Source of the DNA: Octopus vulgaris
Taxonomy: Eukaryota
Assembly: GCA_951406725.2 (NCBI GenBank)
Contig: OX597825.1
Coordinates: forward strand, 42,904,001 to 42,968,000
Length of the DNA stretch: 64,000 nucleotides
Reading direction: 5' to 3'
Shown: positions 40,491 through 54,150 of the stretch, in pieces
How the letters are laid out: each line of letters starts with the position of its first letter
Position numbering within the stretch: position 1 is the stretch's first letter
The notes under the pieces: model-generated
The model's input: only the letters and a program-made list of their open reading frames with translations
The model's database searches: none
What the model was told of the DNA's origin: nothing
Position numbers and translations under genes: made by a program

Positions 40491-41157
40491 TACACACACA
40501 CACACATACACACTTACACACATATATCATTCTACATTTCCGCTTAAAATTTGAGTTAAGCCGAACGAAGTAATAAAAATCAGAGATATAAACAAATGAA
40601 TGTTATGGGATTGTTGGTGGCGGAGGCATTAATAGCAATGTTGTCATCGATAATGGAGAATGAATTAGATATTTAAGAGAGAGAGGAGGGAGAAAAATTA
40701 AAACAGAGAATTTTAAGTAGTGAGAGAGAGACCAAGAGTTAATATAAGCATGCAAGAGAAAGAGATTGAAAGTTATATGGAAATTTGAACGCTAAGCGGT
40801 TGAGCAGATGGATGAATATCAAGACGTAGAAAAGTTTGGGACATCACCGCGCCTTAGTTATCTCATGATGTTATTTACTTTTTCTCTATATGTTTGACTG
40901 AAGTGTTTTTGAATTGTACCTGTTATAGACAATATGATAAGATCCAGCGTATGTATGTAAGTATCAAATGATGATTGTATATGTGTGCACATGTGCATGC
41001 ATTCACATGTCACACATGGAAAGGTTAAACGGGAGTAAGTTGAAACGTAGTACTATCAAATATATTGGCAAATATATAAATATCACAACGTAATATTTGC
41101 AATCATAATGCTAATAAATTAAGTATGGTGTATTTTGTGTATGTGTATACACACACG

Positions 41158-41235
<78 letters not shown>

Positions 41236-41236
<1 letters not shown>

Positions 41237-41741
41237 TAGCAGTATCGCCCGGCGTTGCTCGGGTTTGTAAGGGAAATAACTATATAAGCATTTTTAGAGA
41301 GTTACTTCCCTTATAAATTCGGGCTTTCTTAGCCATTTTTGTTTTGGTGTCTTCAAGCCATGAAGTCGTTGTTCTAAAAGAACGCTGGTTTCCTTCACAA
41401 CGCATTACGACGTTGATTTCTTTACACTCCCTTCCCCACAGCTTCACGAGGGAGGGAAGGGGGAGAAGCAAACAGGTGCAGCTGTGAGCGTGGACGCCAA
41501 CTCCGCCGCCATCGACATACGATGCATTTTATGCATTAAAATGGAATAAAAAATGATGTTAAATTATTTTTAAAATCGTAGACTCATCGTTGACGCGCGC
41601 TAATAGTCAGACGGGCTCGATATGAATCACGACTATAAGATACCCGAATTTGGTTAAACTGCACCGCAAAATGTGGGAGGAGTTAGGAATCTAAATCGAA
41701 GGGGACAGACACTCACACAACTAGAGTTTTATATATATAGA
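41236..41741 (-). mobile_element. Complete non-autonomous Helitron (506 bp)
   Basis: Minus strand starts TCTATATATATAAAA and ends with hairpin cccgagcaacgccggg followed by CTAG. Inserted between A and T in a (TA)n tract. Confidence 0.92.
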
Positions 41742-42319
41742 TATTATCGTGTAGCATTGACGGAAATAAACAAATTTTAGACATGTTTGTAATTTATTTT
41801 AACTTCCTGAGGCAATTTCGCTGTAATTACACCTTTATCAACTATGTGGCGCTCTGTCTTTGGTATATATACCCTGATGAGGAAGGCATAAGAGTTAGAA
41901 ATACATCTAAGTGTTCAAGAGAGGCTATCACTAAGCTGATAGTGATGTCTTTACAACTTTACCATAAGGGAGAACTTTTCTTCATGGTAATCTGCAGTGA
42001 ATTTAGACTCAGTGAATATTTTAAAATGTGGTACTTCTTTGATGAGTATATATTTGTCGAATCGCTATAATTCTGTACAACTACAATATGATAGGTTTTA
42101 AGTTGTAGAAACGTAAACACAAACTCATATGCAAATTCCAAATCTCAGATGTATGTGTCTCTGTATTTATCTATTTATCAAACTATAAACATTCATACAC
42201 ACACATCTATATACATATACATACATATACATACATACATACATACATACATACATACATACATACATACATACATACATACATACATACATACACACGT
42301 GCACATACACATATGTGCG

Positions 42320-42480
42320 TTGAGTTTCGCTACCGTTTTTGTTCACCAAATTTCAATCAAGAAGCAAAAATTCAAAGCAATTGTAGATGTCTGCTTTCAT
42401 AACACGATACGCAGTGGGACTGAACCTATATTCACTGGTTTCGAAGTAAACTTTTGAAGCATATAACCATGTCTGCTCCT
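42320..42480 (-). mobile_element. Degenerate CORE-type SINE head
   Basis: acgcagtgggactgaacc matches the B-box region of 29633-29650. Confidence 0.55.
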
Positions 42481-43084
42481 TTATCGCTGTTATATTCTTT
42501 TAGAATGCACCGCTTAATTGGGCAACTATTACCTCTTGAATTCAGTCTAGCCGTATGAACTTTTCTCTGATATGAAAATATAGATGTAATTCAACATACT
42601 GAGATTTGCTAAACTTTACCAATCTAGTTCTACTGCAGCAGAATGATATTATAAGTTTTATAAATAGATCATGTCTTCAGTTTCCTTTCATAAGCAAGCG
42701 TAGTAAAAGTGACAAGTGTGTAACAAGTAATCTCCTAACTTGTTCGAAATAAAATACAATTTCATGAGAATTATATTTGTTCCTTATTAATCTCCAGTCA
42801 TCTTATAGTTGATTTTTACATTTCCTGCGAGTACTAATTGAAGTAGCACAGAAATACATATTTGTAATAAACGTTAAGCAGAGTTACTTGTATCTGTTCA
42901 TTAAACACATTTACTTTTACTTTCCAAATAGTATCTTAGGTTACAGCACTTTATTACACGAGGAATAAATATTTTATGTGGGTTTTATCTCAGATCTTCG
43001 TATCACAGACTTCTTCAGCGGCATCGAGGGACGAAGAATGATTACGAGCTTTTACAGATAAGTGAAAGCGTGGTTTCACATTTG

Positions 43085-43148
<64 letters not shown>

Positions 43149-43220
43149 TGTTACAGATAAATTCTTCTATTTACATAATATAGAGGTTACATTCATTCTT
43201 TTGTTGCCATACCATTACTA

Positions 43221-43272
<52 letters not shown>

Positions 43273-43277
<5 letters not shown>

Positions 43278-44170
43278 ATAAGAAAAAGGGACAAGCAACA
43301 GGTTACTTGACCGCATACCGAAAAAATAGAAATAGCAGTCAAGAATGCTTATTTCTATCAAAGTGGGACTCCGGGCACGACAAACCCTGTAATTCACATA
43401 TGCAAAACAGAAGGAATAGATAACGAAAACGAAGTCTGGTGGTTATCTGTGAACATCATGTTTCTGGATTATAAACATATTGAATATATATTTCATATAT
43501 ATTTTTGATATATATTTCATATACATTGCATATATATTTCACATCCTTCTTCAGCACAGCTTTCCATTGAAATAGATTTATCATAGATTTATCAAATGCT
43601 ACGTACCTCAAACCTTCTGACCATGCGACATCAAAATATTTGAAGAAAGCGAGCAAAAGCTAAACCTACATAGACGTTTGAATTTGTAAATCTTCCCTCC
43701 AAAATTTTGCCATGCGCACTACAAAAATAGTTCCATAGGAGTAGGAACCATTTGGTTGTCGTAAGGGAGTGAGAAATCCAATTAGTAATATAATAATAAG
43801 AGTAAATAATTTCTATAAAGGTTTTTAAAAAAACCACAATTATTTACTGGTAGAATTCGGTATGTAAATATAGCCGATTACCGGCAGGAACTTCTGTAAA
43901 GTTCAGTATATATATTGTATATAAGAAAAAGGGACAAGCAACAGGTTGCTTGACCGCATACCGAAAAAATAGAAATAGCAGTCAAGAATGCTTATTTCTA
44001 TCAAAGTGGGACTCCGGGCACGACAAACCCTGTAATTCACATATGCAAAACAGAAGGAATAGATAACGAAAACGAAGTCTGGTGGTTATCTGTGAACATC
44101 ATGTTTCTGGATTATAAACATATTGAATAAAAAACCTTTATAGAAATTATTTACTCTTATTATTATATTA
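43273..44170 (-). mobile_element. PLE-derived/retrozyme-like element: 214-bp direct repeats at 643-bp period plus a short inverted piece
   Basis: 43273-43486 matches 43916-44129 with one substitution seen. 44129-44170 is the reverse complement of 43786-43826. Contains a hammerhead motif. Confidence 0.75.
43447..43559 (-). ncRNA. Type I hammerhead ribozyme motif with AT-rich expanded loop II
   Basis: Minus strand: ctgtg-CTGAAGA-aggat...(about 75 nt AT-rich)...atcca-GAAAC-atgat-GTT-cacag. 5-bp stem I, quasi-palindromic stem III. Confidence 0.7.
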
Positions 44171-44273
44171 TGTATGTATGTATATATATATACATAAATA
44201 TACACACATATAAATGTATATGTATATGAATGTATGTAAGCATGCATGTATGTATTTATCTAGGTGTGCATGT

Positions 44274-44274
<1 letters not shown>

Positions 44275-44325
<51 letters not shown>

Positions 44326-44338
44326 GTAGGTAGGTAGG

Positions 44339-44373
<35 letters not shown>

Positions 44374-44394
44374 GTAGGTAGGTAGGTAGGTAGG

Positions 44395-44487
<93 letters not shown>

Positions 44488-44500
44488 GATAGATAGATAT
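44275..44500. repeat. (GATA)n/(GGTA)n compound microsatellite
   Basis: Direct reading. Confidence 0.95.
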
Positions 44501-45073
44501 AGCATAGTTTTATTATTTTCTTTTCTTTCATGTTTCATATTTTCCTGTGGTGGGAGGTTTATATTCCCAAGCTACAATGAAGGAGAAAGGACGTCATTGA
44601 AAAACGCGCCACAGAGATCACATCATATATCAACCGCTCCTATTCCACTCCTGAGGACAAACTGAGAATATTCGGATTAAAAGAACAAGCAGATATTTTC
44701 TGCCGATAAACCTTTGGAGCCATCCATGTTTAGCGACATAAATAAAGCTATGATACAGTTATGTTTTATTGTTGCAAGCCCTTTACGATACACACAGCAG
44801 CAATTTACTGTAGACTGTACGGATGAGGGGTGGAAAATATCTACGTACTGTCTTAATATGGATGATTGTCATTTTAGTCTTGTGCCTAGAAATGAAGCTG
44901 GTGATATTTTGTATTGTAATTACATTTTCTTTGTCTCACCATAATTTTTCTGAAAGGACTGTTTTTGGGCGAATATTTGAAAGAACACATAACACACTGC
45001 TCAATAAAATCTTATTGTTGTGGCTTTCAGATCTGTTCAATAACACACATATACCAATATATGCGTATGCATT

Positions 45074-45167
<94 letters not shown>

Positions 45168-48100
45168 CGTATGTTTATACATACACACAGACACACACAC
45201 ACACATATATACATACTCATATACACACATGCATACATAAACACTTCTGTATATTATATATATATATATATATTATCCTGCACATTTATGAACATAAATA
45301 TGTGCATGTGCGTGCGTTTGCGTGCATCTATTTGTAAATATATACATATATGTGTATATCTATTGTGAATATATGCATGTTTGTGTGTATGTGAGGAAGA
45401 GAGAGTAGGAGAGAGAGAAAGTATTTCATTATGTATTCCATTATGTAAATGTTTGATATAACTGCAGATGTCTTTGTAATCTATCCTTGCCGTAAGATGA
45501 CATTTTGTAGTTTTGTTTGTTTTGTTTATCGACGAATTTATTTCTTTTTCTTTCTCCCCTCTAAATATAAAGATGAAAATTGATGTCATAAAATTTAATG
45601 AGAATTTTAATTACTTTACCTCAAGAACAATTAAAGCATTACGCTGCAGCCTGGAACTATTTTATTAATATATTTAATATGTCATGACCCCATTCAGTGC
45701 AGTTGTTATCTCGTAATATCACATGCCTGTTTTAGTGGCTAACTACCAGCACTGATATTGCAATTTTTTTTATTTTCTATTACGTTTATTTAATACTTTC
45801 TTTTGTTTCATATATAAACAGATCATAAATTCGATAAAAGAGTCAATGATTAAATGTGAAAGAATAAATATTTATAGATACAAAATTTAGTTAAATAGCA
45901 GAGACTCTAATTAAAATCACAAAATTCTAATCATAACATACATATTGCTTTTAAATTACAATTTATTTTATTTTATTTTATGGTTAGTCGAGACCACGAC
46001 ACGGTTAGTATTTGATGATAATGCAAGTTCACTTCACTTTTTTCCGCCAAAGACACCGGGAAGTGCACAATTATCAAAGTTTACCGGTTGTTATTCTACT
46101 AAATTATGCAGTAGTCTGCTTAGTTGAAACAGATTTATATATTTTATAATAGTATGAAACATAAGATTGGTTTTAAATATACAAACAAGAATGTAGCTTG
46201 CCTTCTATTATACGTGCAAATAAACTACACAATAAGATTTGAAATGTTGATGCTACATACTAATGAGAAAATATTCTATTTTGTGTAAACTTCTAATTCT
46301 CTTCTCCAATTTCACTAAGGAAACACTTAAGCACACAGTACTATTCTGTCCTCTTGTAAATCTGTGACTAATAAATACTAGCTTACAAGATTAAAGATTA
46401 AAGATTCCCGGGCAAAAGTTTTGCCTCAAATGCGGACAGTTCTTAGTTTTCCAACATGGAAAAATAGATGAATTACGTATTTTGATCTTGGGCAATATTA
46501 TATTTGGTAAATGTAAAATTCCAGATAGTCGAACCAGTGAAGATTTTTTTTGCAATCATATTTAGCGTGGCTGTGATGGACTAAACTTTCAAGACCATAT
46601 TCAGGTATGTCTATAGAAACTTAGTACTGGTTCGATTTGTTGCTAATTGCTGCTAAACAACTTTTTTGTGTATTCAATTTTAGAAGCTTGTGTGATATAG
46701 AATTGTATATATAAGAAAAACTGGTGACTATGTCAATATATGTCGGCAACACTGTCTTCTTTCACCATTGTAGACTAAATCCTCTCTTTCAAGATGTGTT
46801 TCAAATTCACAAACAATAAACAAAGGAGACAACTCAAATAAGAACAGATTGTTAAAATAAAACTCACAATATTCTTTCTAGTTTTGTTTATTTGTTGGCC
46901 ACCTTTTGCTTTGTTAAACTAGTACCATATGCTTCACAGAGAAGGTCTAATAATACAGAAATATTTGCATCGCCTTCACTAGATGCCGTAATAGACTTAA
47001 TCCACACCCTTCAACAGTGTCTATATTCTAAAATTATTTCAGTTAAATGAATTATATTTCCATTATGGATTTTCTTTAATACATCTAAAGCTAATTTTGT
47101 TCGAAGCGTAAACTATATGAAATTAGTAGTAAATATCATATCAAACTGCTTGATAGCTTTTACACCATGCTCACCATTGCTCATAAAAATAACAAAATTT
47201 ACATCACAGCAGTAGTTAAACTATACTTGATATAAATCAGTGAATGCCAAAACTTCATAATTCGTAGTATATAGTGAACGAATTGGGCAAGTTTGTGATT
47301 ATACATGATATTTTTATGATATCTTTTCATCGACCTCATAAAACCTGATATAACCTTTTACTAAAGGACGTAGATAATATACTCATACACCGAAGAAATA
47401 GCTTTAAATCATTCCAGGTTGTTCAGTTTTTGCCAGTATGTTAAGGAAGCCTACTTGTTACAGAAGGATTTCAAAATTATTTTCAAAATTAATGTTGTTC
47501 AAGAATTAAAAGCAGAAATTTGAAATCAAAACGAGAAAAATTAAATTGATAACTTTCATTGTAATCGACAGCAAACGATTGGGTTAGAATATTGCATTTA
47601 GTTTAATTTCCATAGTGACCAATGAGATATATAGCCATTTATTCCAAGATGAACGATAGCAAAGTCGTTCATCTAGAAGCAAATATGTCCCAGCTGTGAG
47701 AAAATGAAGTGGATGGATGATACGGTTGAAAACGCAAGGACAGAATTATCCTAATGTTAAATGAATAATGAATTGTGGCAGGTGATATATCTAAATATAT
47801 GCAACCTGTTTGCGTAGATTGGAAATATTTCTAGAACGTTTTACTGTAGGAAAACGTTTTAAGAATTATTATAAACATGAAAATATAACAAATACGGCAT
47901 GTATTTTGATTTAAGAAAAGAGAAAATCAAATCAGCTACAATAATATATGGCATCGTTTATATATATATTAGTAACCCCCACCTCCACTAGTTACATTAC
48001 TGAAAAACAGTTTATTTACTGTGAATGTTGTTGTTGCCCTCTAGTTTACGGTATATGTCCCCTCGCATTGCTTTTTGTTGGTATGATGACTGCTTCTCCT

Positions 48101-48536
48101 CCAAGCTTCTGTTTAGGGAGGCCAGTCTAGCTCCCTTTGAGTCATACGAAACAGTTGTATTTTCCGAGTACCTGCACAGTATTTCTTCCAACAGTGAAGA
48201 TGTTCTCTCACTTTTAAGTATGCATGGAACCTACTCATTCCTTTTTTTTACTGTTCAGTGAATGTTATCTGGGAACATATATATATTTCCAGATAAGAGA
48301 GAGAGAGAGGAGAGACATATATTGTCCGTATAGAATACACTTTGTAGCGTTCAAGACGTTTAAACTTAAGCAGGTAAAGGAGTGCATGTATGGATAAGCA
48401 AGTTAGGCATGACGATATACAAAAAATATTAAATACATCTAATACAAAAATGTACATATATTTACATACTAAGTGATCAAGCTTACACAGGATAGAAATA
48501 ACAGAAATTGAGGGGGTTGAATAAGAGTTTTACGAG

Positions 48537-48626
48537 TCCAACAGCTGTTTCTGGAGGTTAGTGATCCGAAATAATGTTTGTTAATAGATTACATCATCGG
48601 ATAATACCAGCTTCCGTCTTCAGGGA
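48537..48626 (-). ncRNA. Type I hammerhead ribozyme motif in a PLE-like terminal region (about 48290-48950)
   Basis: Minus strand: tcc-CTGAAGA-cgga...atccga/tcggat...tcca-GAAAC-agct-GTT-gga. Palindromic stem III acagctgt. Confidence 0.65.
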
Positions 48627-49820
48627 AGAAGTTTTACACTTGAGGTATTGACAGAAAGGAGATTAAAGATGGAATAATTTTGTGGAGAGCTAAGTGTATT
48701 AGAAGGAGGAGGAGTTAGGTGGTATTTAGACTGAGCAATGGGAGAGGGAAATACATTTCAGAGTTAAGGGTTAATAATGAGGCTAGTAGGAAGTCATAGT
48801 AGTAGAGGTTTAAGGTGGGAGGAATAGTGAAGGGTGGTTTAGATAGTATGTGACTGGTAACCTTTGTGTTAATTTGTGTGAAGGTTATGGAGTTAATGAT
48901 TAAATTCGAGAATTACAGAATAAGGATTTTGTTTCCATTAAATTACTTTCTTTCGAAATTATGTTGCACATTCATGGGACCCTGAAAACGAAGAAAAATG
49001 CGTCATAAAAGTAAAAGGTTTGAAAAAGAATTGAGTATTTCATGGATCCCTCAACATTTCAAAATACCACATAACAATAATTGAATTTACAACTTTACTT
49101 TCACTTTTCTTAATGCAGTTGTAACGGTTCAAATCCTTTTGTGAGGGGGAAGAGGTATTTTGGATTGGAATTGAGATACGTTACTTCTTAGTGATGTCCT
49201 TTAGTTTGGTTCTATTTTCATGTTTCGCTATTTTTTCCGATTGTCTTTAAAATCTACCTATTTACGACAGGGAACTTGTAGCAGTAGACATCCACTGAAA
49301 TAGCAACTGACGCGCTAAAATGGCTAAAAATGGTGGCCATAGACAAATTGAGAAATAAAGCTGAAGAAGAATAATATCAGTGACAGGTACTACATCACTA
49401 TCAACAGAGAAATTTCTTTGCGAAGGTAAAACGAAAATTGGTAGGCTGACGAAGATGAAAAATATAGAAACAAAATAAAGAAAAGATAAGGTTTAACAGA
49501 AAACAAAAATTTGAGCAAGTCATATTCCAAAGTTAAAAGTAAGAAAAATTTTTTATCTGTGGAGTAATGTTACGCGAGAAAGATAATTTCATAATTAAAA
49601 CACTAAATGAAGAATCAAAACAGTCTTTCTTTTTCTCGTAAATATGATCAGCGTTCGAAACACTACAATGTCGAAGAGAATAACGAACATTAGGGAAGAG
49701 CAATATATGTAAGTGCACGTTTTTTTTTTGTTTGAGAGTCAGAGAGCGTGTTTGCGCGCGCATGTTTTAATCGCAAGTACAAAAACCTGAAATTGATGGG
49801 TCACGGTAAGGTCAAACAAC

Positions 49821-49881
<61 letters not shown>

Positions 49882-49933
49882 GCTAGCTAGCTAGCTAGCT
49901 ATCTATCTATCTATCTATCGATCTATCTATCTA
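49821..49933. repeat. (TATC)n/(TAGC)n microsatellite
   Basis: Direct reading. Confidence 0.95.
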
Positions 49934-50619
49934 CTTTTGTATAAATAGATACAAAGGAGTACTGAATATTTTACCGAAAACTTTGGTTTTGCTTCTTGCT
50001 TTTCGTAGCTACTTATTCTCCATCCACTGCTTGTCTTATTCATTAGGGATTTAAAGCTATTTGGGGGCAGTCGCTACTTTAAGATCGAGTTTCTGGAGTA
50101 GCTAATGTGGAGAAAATGTACTGTTAAAGAAAATTTCTTTAACTAGATTTTTTAAACAAGTAAATACAAGAAGGCCTTCTTCGGGCAAACTCGCTGAGAA
50201 GTAGGCCTTAATATTTGGTGGGGCTCGTGTCATTTGCTCCCCTTTTCTCCTATAAATCAATTATGTTTTTATCTCAACTCAAGTATCACCAGCTTGACTA
50301 CGGTCTGTAGCAGTAACGTGGGAAAAGCAACGAATGTGAAATTAGCAACAATTGCAGAACACCTTTAACAAAAACAGTAGCAGCAGAGGAAGTAATTTGC
50401 AGAGTCCGTTGCCACCATGACTGCAGCATTTTGTAGCAGCAGGGACAAAATCACTCCAGGAAAGAACAATAACGACGGTAACCATGGTGAAAGCAACACC
50501 AGTAGCAACAGCAACAAGTGTAACGAGGAAGGCAATAACATTTGCAGAACAACAACAATAACAATTGCAGGGCTTCTTTCGCATGGAACTAATAGAGTAA
50601 ATCTCTAGAGGACAAATGT

Positions 50620-52000
50620 GAGAAATTATAACATGCAGTTCGATTTCGGAAAATTAAAGAGAGAAAAACAGAGATTACCCCTCCTCCAGAAACTTTTGAA
50701 GCTAGAAAGATTTATATACATATATCGCTAGATAAGTTTAAAAAGTTATTGCCTCGGGACGGCCACTAACGCTCAATTAGAAAAGGGAAATTTGCGATAT
50801 ATGGAGAGACATTGTACATTTATCTAGAACAAGGAAGTTTGGTGGGGTCGTAATCGTATTTAAGACTGAGATCTTCACACTGCAACATTCAATGGTCACC
50901 CACTGCAGGAGGACTTTACTCACTTCCCATGTATTTGAGAAGAAGTACAGTAACGGTGGTAATATCGGGTTTGCTAGCAAAGTTAGATCTCTGTTAGGTA
51001 TCGGCATGCATTGTGTTGGAGGAAAAGGAAACTTTACGAGATGTGAAGAGAACAATGTTGGAGAATTGGTTTGGGACGTAGTGGAGATTCTTTTCCAGAT
51101 CTTCGAGAAAGGATTCAAGATTTTATAACCATGCCATATGGAGAGAAACTATGAGGAATTGTGGAGAGCAAACGACCCAGATGCTACGACCATGGTACAA
51201 TAGACCAACTCAGACCGCTTTACCCATGCTTTCAAAACATGGAATGGGACAGGAGGGCTCCTTAATCAATAGCAGAAAAAGAGAATAGGAACTACAGCAA
51301 CAGCATGTGGACGAACATCAACAATTGCAGCACCTACAACGACAACACCTCGAATTGCAACACAAATTGCAGGACCAATAATGTCAACATCGAATTCGCC
51401 AGCAGTAGTACTGAGTTGACGAAAACTAATAGATACAAGATTCGCTACCCATGCCATATTCCAATATTACCCCTTCTCTTCCTCCTACACGGAGAAACAA
51501 GGATGTATGTCAAATAGGATACTTTTCATTGCCTCTGCACGAATCAGTCATCAGACTATATCTCTGATGATGAACAAGGTGGGCAAGAAAAAAATTAAGT
51601 ATCGAAAAAGAAAGGAACAAACACAAAAGAATATTAGTTCCCAGTCGATTCCGAAGAAAACTATATCTACAACAGCAAGTACATCCTTAATACAGCCACT
51701 TCCTCTCAGATCAGGAAAAAGAAAATGCACAAACGAAAGAATCCGAGATATAATAGAAATAAGCAGACAAATACCCACCACCAATAAAACAACAACTAAA
51801 TACACAATACAGTTCAACACAAAAAACAACAAATTCCTGCTAGGAAGAACAACATAGAGAAATGCTATCAGGTGTAACCCAATTAAAATACATACAGACA
51901 GTGAGAGCGGGTTTCAATAAAAGCACAGTCGAAGTTCCGGAGAATCTGAAATAGGTAAAAGAGCCACAAGGGAACTGAGAGAAACTTGAAAGAGATAAGG
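50620..52000 (+). pseudogene. Degenerate homolog of the ORF1/zinc-knuckle element at 3-1851
   Basis: DIVHLSRTRKFGGVVIVFKTE aligns with IIFLARGVSFGTMVVQFENE; LPMYLRRSTVTVVISGL aligns with LPSYLGRRTTRIRVEGI. KRPRCYDHG is a decayed knuckle at about 51170, followed by a low-complexity linker. Confidence 0.6.
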
Positions 52001-52249
52001 AATTTTGATTTACTTGATTGTCTACAAAAATCAATAAAGGGAGTGATTCCCTTTCTTCTTCAGTTATAAATCCATCTATTTTCTCTACCAACTATTGCTG
52101 GAAGATTCGTGGGATACAGTACTCAGGTACCTTATCCATAGAGTCCTCTCATAACCAACCTTCATTACTCTTTCTGACTGGATTCCCAAGCGAGACCTCA
52201 CAATACAGAAAATAAGTTGCTCAATTTAGAGAGACTTCCAGATCTTCGA

Positions 52250-52900
52250 GCTACGCACCTTATCCAGTAATACCAGAGATTCTTCGGAGGGATACCATTT
52301 CGACTGCTTGTATTCGAGGGCGTACATTTTGGTCACTACCTAACATTTATGACCATAGATAAGAATAGGTACAAAAACCGAAATAAAAATGACGGGTTTG
52401 GCCTCTTTGGGTATCAAATTCCGGAGATGGCACAGTACTGTACCAACACTCTAGTATCTACTTCAGCCGCCTGCTTCTCATCACTCGTGAAAACAGCCCA
52501 TAGATATTAAACTTTCTCTATTTGTCTCTCTGAAGTTCCACTAATATGTAGAATGTACTGGAAAGACTTTCTCCGAGACGATGAATATCTCAATATTCGC
52601 AATATTAATCTCTGCCTTGGAGCAACTGGCAGTGAACTCACTCACTGCTTCATGAAGATCATCTTCTGATGAACCATGTAGCTCTATATTGCCTGCAAAT
52701 GCCAGTCGACTGATCCTACGCGTACCGATTGTGATACCACTTCTACAAGGGCTGCTCATGTCAATCAAGTTCATAAAAGCTGTGAAAAGGAGAGATGACA
52801 ATACTCTCCCCTGCTAAAGTCTAATATTCACTTTGAAATATTTCGACTATGCACTACTTACTCGAACACGAAAATCTGAGCATTCATATACTGGTTTCAT
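52250..52900 (-). mobile_element. Degenerate RTE-like RT fragment
   Basis: QGRVLSSLLFTAFMN...ISRLAFAGNIELHGSSEDDL is a decayed QG/FADD region. Confidence 0.65.
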
Positions 52901-52943
52901 GCAAACAGAAGTTACTCATTAATTCTATCCTACTTCTCTAAAA

Positions 52944-54150
52944 ATGGCAGCTTTAAGTATGTGTCTCATAAATTTACGTGGCCTAAGGTGATCTTGGATG
53001 CAGTGGCACTTGCCCTTCATCCTTCACTAGCTGATGTGCTAGCAATCAGTTTAAACAGGTTTCTTAACACATACATCGGCGACATTTGAAATGATTGTGA
53101 AGTCAACGCATTACTGACCCGGCCTTGAAACGGTGACTGTGTTGCAGTGTTGTTTTAGAAAGGTCTAGTTTCGAGATACGGTCCATCTTTCGGAACCCGT
53201 CGGCAAGTTGAACAGTAACAAAAAGTGGGTGCCTTCAGTACAGTGACTATATAGACCCGACAGGGGCGGGGTGACCAGCTGTCTTAAGTCTCCTGAATGT
53301 TTTCCTCGGAACGTTCCACTCTTTCGTTTTAACAGGTCAGTGGAACACTGTTTGGATGCATGTTTGGAGTGTATTACAATAATTGGCTGTAAAAGTATTA
53401 TTAACCTGCCCAAATGATTCCAACTGTCTGACAATTGTCAACCGGAATTGTCAACAAGCATCATGGTATCATCCAAACTGTATCCAAAGACTTGAAGATA
53501 GCTTAAGATGTCCTCTATCCAAATTGGTCGGCTATAGATGCCACAAAATTATGATTTGTATAACCGATCTGGATGGTTTCATTGACAGGAACCCGGTTAA
53601 TGGAAAGTGAATACATCATTTTCGGCACGCCAATTTTCCAGAGACCGATTTGGAGTAGTAGTTAAGAGAGCATTGATGAGGGCGCACGTCAACACCCATT
53701 GTTAGCTCTAAAAATTGGGACATTACCATAGATAGGGTTTAGGAAAGAAGTAGTGATAGCGAACACTAATGTAGCAGGAGAGCTAGATAGAAAGGTAGAA
53801 AAGTAGCTTTGAGGCTGTTGGCTGCGAGATTGACTCTTGAACACGAAGTTGTACCGTCAGAGCTAAGGAGCGTGTTCTGATGCACGAGGTAACGAAAAGC
53901 TTTTGATAAGCCACGTTGGCCGAGGTGAAACTTGACACGCAAAGACACTACTCCGTTTTTTGATAGATCGGGGTGGGTGCGTGCACCACGATTTCATGTA
54001 GATATGTCTGACTTTCTGGATCACTTCGCTAAACTGCTTAGTGGGAGTGGAAATTCGGAAACTTTACCGTCCGTCTCGACAGCCTACCGCGGCTCTCAAA
54101 GAGAGATGCAGAGTTCTGCTAAATGCCAATAACAGAATGTAAATAAATGA
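52944..54150 (+). mobile_element. Degenerate Tx1/L1-like ORF2 N-terminus (APE endonuclease and linker)
   Basis: MAALSMCLINLRGLR (cf. NVRGL), GDCVAVLF, and RLSKRDAEFC*MPITE near 54100. Heavily mutated. Confidence 0.55.

Noticed and set aside
41873-41915. ctgatgag...gaaa hammerhead-like core
   Set aside because: No pairing stem I or II and no GAAAC/NUH arrangement.
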